Shown: piece after piece, positions 58,407 to 64,000 of the stretch
Position numbering within the stretch: position 1 is the first letter of the stretch
Layout: each line of letters opens with the position of its first letter
Assembly (NCBI GenBank): GCA_963832165.1
Contig: CAWHTE010000011.1
Location: forward strand, 640,001 to 704,000
Reading direction: 5' to 3'
Origin: an uncultured delta proteobacterium
GTDB lineage: Bacteria > Myxococcota_A > UBA9160 > SMWR01
DNA: 64,000 bases
Notes under the pieces: generated by a model
Database searches by the model: none
What the model was told of the DNA's origin: nothing
The model's input: only the letters and a program-made list of their open reading frames with translations
Program-made: the position numbers and the translations under genes

Positions 58407-60161
58407 ATGGCGGTGGACTTGCTGATCCGGAACGGCAGGATCGTCGACGGAACCGGAAGCCCGGCCCGCATCGCCGACGTCGCGATTGCGGGAGACCGGA
58501 TCGTGGCGGTCGAGCCCAACATCGCGGAGCCGGCCGCGGAGTGCATCGATGCCGAGGGGCTCATCGTGGCCCCCGGCTTCATCGACAGCCATACCCACAT
58601 GGATGGCCAGCTGTTCTGGGACCGTTTCGGCTCGTCCAGCTCCTGGCACGGATGCACGACGGTCGTCTGCGGCAATTGCGGATTCTCGCTCGCGCCGATT
58701 CCGCACGGTGATCCCGAGTATCCGCTGAGCCTCATGGCCGGGGTCGAGCAGATCCCGCGCGCCGTGCTCGAGGCAAACGTCCCGTTCGATTGGGACTCTT
58801 TCGGCGGTTATGTGGACTCTCTCGAGCGCAATGGGCTTCCGGTCAACGCCGCTTGCTACGTCGGCCATCCCTTGTTGCGACACGCCGCGATGGGCGAGCG
58901 CGCATGGGAGAGGGAGGCCACCGCTCGGGATCTGGACGCGATCGAGAAGGCGCTCCGCGAAGCGCTGGACGCCGGAGCGCTCGGGGTTTCGTTCAACCGC
59001 TCGCCCGCCGATCGCGACGATCGGGGCCGGGCCACGGCCGGCGTCGATGCCGGTTGGGAAGAGATCCGGCGCATCGTCGGCGTGCTCGCCGACTATCCCG
59101 GTACCCTCGTGCAGGCGATCCCGGGATGGTCTCTGCCCGGACCGTCGGGCGTCGAGACGGGCTGGGAAGACGAGCTCGAGCAGTGGGCGACTGCGACACG
59201 CTCCGCTGGTCGACCGATGGTGTGGGGGCCTCTGATCGAGACCTACGACGACGACTATCTCGGGATCGCGCGCCGGGGCCAGGGCGAGGGATCGAGCATG
59301 TTCGCGGCCACCGGTGTGGTGGCGCTCTCCACGCTCGTGACGTTCGAGATCGAGAACCTGTTCGGGACGATCCCGGGTTGGGAGTTCCTGTTCGAGCTCG
59401 CCGAGCCCGAGCGGCTCCAGGCGCTCGCCGATCCCGAGGTGAGATCGCGCCTGCGAGGAGCCACGGGGCCGGAGCAGTTCATCGGCTACCCGCTCCATAC
59501 CGTCGATCAGAGCGGCCACCCCGTGCCGGGGCCCGCCATCCCGTTCTCGTGGCGAAACCTGTACCGGCTCGGCACCGCGCCGAGCCGATTCGATCTCGAG
59601 GGCCCGTCGCTCGCCGACGAAGCCCGCCTAAGGGGATGCCACCCGGTGGATGTGATGCTCGATGGCGCGGTCGCGAGCCGGCTGCGCGAGTTCGTCATCC
59701 TGTTTCCCTACGGACAGGTACCCGACCGCACGCTGCGGGCGATGCGCGATCCCGCCGCCGTGCTCTCGCGCAACGACACCGGTGCGCATCTCGCGATGCT
59801 GTGCAATGCCGAGAGCACGCAGCTGTTGGCGCAGTGGGTGCGCGAACGACAGGCGGTGTCCCTCGAACGCGCGATCCATTGGCTCACGGGTCGCCAGGCG
59901 GACATCTTTCAGCTCCCTGATCGCGGGCGGCTGCGGGCCCGTTGTGCCGCCGACATCGTGCTGATCGACCTCGAACGCGTGGGACCGCTCGTGCCCGAGC
60001 TTGCTCGCGACCTGCCCGGGGGCAGCTCGCGAATCGTGCAGCGAGCAGCCGGCATCGAGCGCGTGATCGTGTCGGGCCGGACGTTGTTGCGGGAGGGGCA
60101 TCCCACTGGCGAGCTGCCCGGGCGTTTCTTGCGGCCGGCGCGGGCGGCGGCCCGTCGCTGA
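58407..60161 (+). CDS. N-acyl-D-amino-acid deacylase family amidohydrolase
   Basis: VDGTG; PGFIDSHTHMD; GNCG; NDTGAH; RDLPGG. Confidence 0.9.
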   Translation: MAVDLLIRNGRIVDGTGSPARIADVAIAGDRIVAVEPNIAEPAAECIDAEGLIVAPGFIDSHTHMDGQLFWDRFGSSSSWHGCTTVVCGNCGFSLAPIPHGDPEYPLSLMAGVEQIPRAVLEANVPFDWDSFGGYVDSLERNGLPVNAACYVGHPLLRHAAMGERAWEREATARDLDAIEKALREALDAGALGVSFNRSPADRDDRGRATAGVDAGWEEIRRIVGVLADYPGTLVQAIPGWSLPGPSGVETGWEDELEQWATATRSAGRPMVWGPLIETYDDDYLGIARRGQGEGSSMFAATGVVALSTLVTFEIENLFGTIPGWEFLFELAEPERLQALADPEVRSRLRGATGPEQFIGYPLHTVDQSGHPVPGPAIPFSWRNLYRLGTAPSRFDLEGPSLADEARLRGCHPVDVMLDGAVASRLREFVILFPYGQVPDRTLRAMRDPAAVLSRNDTGAHLAMLCNAESTQLLAQWVRERQAVSLERAIHWLTGRQADIFQLPDRGRLRARCAADIVLIDLERVGPLVPELARDLPGGSSRIVQRAAGIERVIVSGRTLLREGHPTGELPGRFLRPARAAARR

Positions 60162-60179
60162 GCAGCGCGTCGACTACCC

Positions 60180-60974
60180 GTGCGCGAAGTGAAGAGGCTC
60201 GTGCGGCGTGCGGCGCCCGCGATCTGGGTCGAATCGAGTGGCGCCGGCGCGGCGATGCTGCTGCTGATCCACGGGCTCGGTGGAAACGCACGCGTCTGGG
60301 ACAAGCTCCTGGATCACGTCGCTCCGCACTGGGGCGGGCGCATCGTGGTCCCCGATCTGCGCGGTCACGGTCGCAGCGATCCGGGCGCGGCCTATCACTT
60401 CGGATTCCAGGCCGCCGATCTCGGCGACGTGATCGAGCCGGCGAGGCCGCTCGTGATCGTGGGACATTCGCTCGGAGGTCTGATCGCGCTCACGCTCGCG
60501 AGCGGGGTCTACCGGTTGCGACCCGACCACGTCGTCGCGATCGGTGTGATGCCGCGCTGGGAGGAACGCCATCTCGCGCAGTCGGCAAAGCTCGCGTCGC
60601 GCCCGGCCCTCTGGTTCGACGACGAGGCCGACGCCGTACAGCGCTTCCTCGGGCTCTCCGGCCTGGCAGGCCATGTCCATCCCACGAGCACCGCCGCACG
60701 CAGCGGCGTCGTCACAGAGAACGGGCGCCACCGGCTCCGGCAGGATCCGGCGAGCTATGCCACGGGACCGCCGGATCTCGCGGGGATGCTCGCGGCCGCG
60801 CGCTGTCCGCTCGACCTCGTCTACGGAGCGAGTGACTCGATCGTCGACCTCGATCTGGTCGCGCGCGAAGTCCGCGACGCTCAGATGTGGGACGGCGGGC
60901 ACAACCTGCACCTCGAACGACCCGAGCAGCTCGCGCAGCTGGTGCTCGAGCGCGCGAGGAGGCTGGCGCGCTAA
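60180..60974 (+). CDS. Alpha/beta hydrolase
   Basis: LIHGLG; DLRGHGRS; GHSLGG; GHNLHLERP. Confidence 0.9.
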   Translation: MREVKRLVRRAAPAIWVESSGAGAAMLLLIHGLGGNARVWDKLLDHVAPHWGGRIVVPDLRGHGRSDPGAAYHFGFQAADLGDVIEPARPLVIVGHSLGGLIALTLASGVYRLRPDHVVAIGVMPRWEERHLAQSAKLASRPALWFDDEADAVQRFLGLSGLAGHVHPTSTAARSGVVTENGRHRLRQDPASYATGPPDLAGMLAAARCPLDLVYGASDSIVDLDLVAREVRDAQMWDGGHNLHLERPEQLAQLVLERARRLAR

Positions 60975-60977
60975 GGG

Positions 60978-61796
60978 TCACTTCTTGGAGCGCGGCGTCT
61001 CGGTCGCTCCCTGCGGCGCCCACGGCGGCGGCTTCTTCATCGAGAACGCATCCAGCCCGGCGAAGAAGTCGGGTCCGATGGCACTGCGGTAGTGCTCTTC
61101 CACTGCGAAACCGGGCAGATTGCGATGCATGACGCTCTTCGTCAGCTCACGAGCCGACGGCGACACCGTGCGCACGTCGTCGACGTACTGAAGCACCTGT
61201 GCGTCGAGATCGTCGAGTTCGCAGACTCGATTGATCACGCCCATCGCGAGCAGCTCCTCGGCGGGCACGGCTCGCGCGGTGAAGATGAGGTCTTTGGCGC
61301 GTGCGAGGCCGATGCGCGGAACCAGCCGCACCGCGCTCACAGTGTCGGCGACGCCCCACTTTCCCGGTGCGATCGAGAGCTTCGCCCCGCGCGCCGCAAT
61401 CACCATGTCGCAGAGCAGCACGAGCACCGCGCCGGCGCCGTAGGCGCTGCCGTTCATCGCGCAGATCACCGTCTTCGGACACGACTCGATCGCAAAGAAC
61501 GCGGGGTAGTCGCCGTGGACGTGCTCGTACATGACGGTGGCCAGGCGCTCGGAGAATCCCTTCTTCGCGAGGTCGATCAGCTCCTGCCCTTCGCCGAGGT
61601 TTCCACCGGCGCTGAACATGCGGCCGCTGCTGCGGAACACGACGACACTGCGCTCCTCGTCGAAGCGGGCCCGGATGAACGCTTCCGTGAGGAGCTGGAA
61701 CACCTCCTCGTCGATCAGGTTCATCGTGTCGGGGCGGTTCAGCGTGATCCAGATCGCCTCCGGTGTCGTCTCGTAGAGGACGGGTAGCTCGCTCAC
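60978..61796 (-). CDS. Enoyl-CoA hydratase/isomerase family protein
   Basis: ITLNRPD; FSAGGNL; NGSAYGAG; CDMVIA. Confidence 0.88.
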   Translation of the reverse strand: MSELPVLYETTPEAIWITLNRPDTMNLIDEEVFQLLTEAFIRARFDEERSVVVFRSSGRMFSAGGNLGEGQELIDLAKKGFSERLATVMYEHVHGDYPAFFAIESCPKTVICAMNGSAYGAGAVLVLLCDMVIAARGAKLSIAPGKWGVADTVSAVRLVPRIGLARAKDLIFTARAVPAEELLAMGVINRVCELDDLDAQVLQYVDDVRTVSPSARELTKSVMHRNLPGFAVEEHYRSAIGPDFFAGLDAFSMKKPPPWAPQGATETPRSKK

Positions 61797-61830
61797 GGGG
61801 CCCTCCCTTCGCTCGCATCTTATCGTTAAA

Positions 61831-63807
61831 TCAGCGCACGGTAAACGCGGATGCGCGATCCGGCAGCGCGAACGCGATCAGCGCATCGCCGGGCTCCGAC
61901 CACAAGTCGCCGCCCGCCGCGACCACGAGGTACTGGCGGCCGTCGCGGCGCAGCCGGTAGGTGGCCGGGCTCGCATTCGCCGTGTAAGGGAGTCGGTGCG
62001 ACCAGACCTCCTCGCCGGTCTCGGCATCGAACGCGCGCAGGTACTTGTCCGTGGTCGCGCCGATGAAGACGAGGCCGCTCGCCGTGAGCACGCCCGCCCC
62101 CGAGATTCGGGGTGCCGAGCCGGAGCCAGAACGGAAACGGCGCCTGGTCGCGTGTGGTCCCGAGCGCCGTCTGCCAGCGCACCGCCCCGGTCCGCAGATC
62201 CGCCGACACGAGCGCACCCCAGGGCGGGGGCGTACACGGTGCGCCGAGCGGCGAGAGCAGCGGGCCGCGCCGCATGCCATAGGGAGTGCCGGCCATCGCG
62301 TTGTACTCGATCGGTGCGCTCGCGTCGCCCATCCGGAACGCTTCGACGTCGAACGCCTCGCGCGGGATCAGGTGCACGCCCACGGCCCAACGGTTGATAT
62401 TTACGTAGAGCCTCGCCGTCGCGGGATCGACCATGACCCCGCCCCAGTTCGCGCCGCCTCCGGGCCCCGGAAAGTGGACGGAGCCCTCGAGGGTAGGAGG
62501 GGTGTACATGCCCTCTGACCGCAGCCCGGTGATCTGGTCGCGACACTTTACGCGGTCCCAGAACGTGAAGCCCCAGGCATCGTCGACGCCAAACGACATC
62601 GAATGCAGCGGCGGCGGGTGCGTGGGGATGGGCTGCGTCGGCGACAGCGTCTCGCCTGGGCACGCCGTCGACGGGCACCGCGCGCTCCTCGATTGGGAAC
62701 AGCGGCTCGCCGGTCTCGCGGTGCAGCACGAAGACGTGTCCGAGCTTCGTAGCCTGTGCGAGCGCGGGAACCACGCTGCCATCCGCCCTTCGTAGCTCGA
62801 AGAGCGAGGGTTGCGAGCCCACGTCGTAGTCCCAGACTCGTGGCGCACGGTCTGGAAGTGCCACACGAGCTCGCCCGTGGACCCTCGCAGCGCAGCCACC
62901 AGCTCGAGTAGGCATCGAGCCCGTGCCGTGCGACCGCGAAGTAGTCGGGCGAAGCGTTGCCGGTGGGAACGAACACGAGGTCACGCGCTTCGTCTGCCGA
63001 CAAGATCGACCAAACGTTCGCCGTCCCGGCCGCCACCACGCGCCGTCGGCGCCGCGGGTCCAGGGCGGCAGCGACACGTCCGGGGGAACCGGATCCCACG
63101 CCCAGCGCACCGCGCCGGTGCGGGCATCGAAGGCTCGCACAACGCCACTCGGCGCATCGGCGCGAATGTTGTCGGCGACGAGCGCGCCCACGACGACGAG
63201 ATCGCGGACCACGAGCGGCGGCGGCGTCACGTAGTACTCCCAGATCGGCGCGTCCCCGAGGCCTTCGCGCAGTCGGACCACGCCGTGCTCTCCGAAGTCG
63301 TCGCAGAGCGACCCGGTCTCCGCGTCGAGCGCGATCAGCCGAGAGTCCGTGGTGCCCGTGAAGATCCGCCGCTGGGCAGGGCTTGCCGTCTTCGCGCCGT
63401 GGGTCCTCCCAGTGCGAGACGCCGCGGCAGATGAGCGGGTAGCGCACCCCGCTTCGACGGGTCCACTGCCGGGTCGAAGCTCCAACGCAGCGCGCCGGTC
63501 TCCGGATCGAGCGCGAACACGCGGTTGAACGGGGAGCAGATGTAGAGCGTGTCGTGCGTGATGATCGGCGTCGCCGTGAACGCGCTCGGATGCCGCTCGT
63601 CTCGCCCGTCCGACACATCGCCGTGTCGGAACGTCCACGCGATCTCGAGAGCGTCGACGTTCTCGCGCGTGATCTGCGTGAGCGGAGAGTACCTTTTCCC
63701 GCCGATGTCACGCCGTAGTGGGGCCAATCAGCGGTTGGTCCGGAGAGGTCGACGGGAGCCTCAGCCGTGCATCCCACCAGGAGCGCTGCGATCAGAACCG
63801 CCCGCAC
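61831..63807 (-). pseudogene. PQQ-dependent dehydrogenase (glucose/quinate/shikimate family), lipoprotein-like, multiply frameshifted
   Basis: Segments spread across three frames: LLVGC signal, RYSPLTQI, ATPI, CRGV, TGNASPD, WHFQTVRH/WDYD, GGANWGG, GTPNLGG, LIAFALP. Confidence 0.82.
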
Positions 63808-63824
63808 CGATCGGATGACCGATC

Positions 63825-64000
63825 TCAGCGGATCGCCATCGCGTTCGCGGGCGATCCCATTCCTCCCGGGATCCAGAGCGGAACAGCGACGAAGAAGAAG
63901 GACCAGCGCCGATCGGCCGCACAGGCGGCGTCGAGGTCTCGGAAGCAGAGGATCTCCCCGAACGGCAACCCGAGATTGCGCTGCATCGTGACGTGTGCGC
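63825..64000 (-). CDS. Cyclase (kynurenine formamidase-like) family protein, C-terminus only
   Basis: Manual translation: AHVTMQRNLGLPFGEILCFRDLDAACAADRRWSFFFVAVPLWIPGGMGSPANAMAIR*. Confidence 0.75.
   Translation of the reverse strand, partial: AHVTMQRNLGLPFGEILCFRDLDAACAADRRWSFFFVAVPLWIPGGMGSPANAMAIR

Noticed and set aside
1..64000. CRISPR arrays, tRNA/rRNA, transposases, integrases
   Set aside because: None recognised by eye; dedicated scans were not run.

Overview
High-GC bacterial chromosomal region (by eye roughly 68-70% GC), densely packed with paralogous catabolic enzymes. It holds 8 luciferase-like (LLM) oxidoreductases (some resembling F420-dependent families), 9 amidohydrolase-superfamily genes, 3 acyl-CoA ligases, 2 APH-type kinases with LvaB-like tails, 2 crotonases, a Baeyer-Villiger monooxygenase, a fused indolepyruvate-type ferredoxin oxidoreductase, SnoaL proteins, 4 TetR regulators, and a NorQ/NorD-type AAA+/VWA pair with no Nor or Rubisco client in the window. 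In the middle is a recent tandem duplication of a secreted PEP-CTERM protein: 930 bp at about 99% identity, with different signal peptides and separately conserved promoter boxes. PEP-CTERM sorting implies a diderm host; a Myxococcota or Binatia-like lineage is a guess. The left edge carries a LexA-type winged helix fused to a non-peptidase, possibly ferritin-like, domain. An 18-bp candidate operator recurs in three divergent intergenic regions. Three genes are frameshifted, most likely by consensus errors. I found no rRNA, tRNA, CRISPR array or mobile element. All family calls come from motif recognition by eye; no searches were run.
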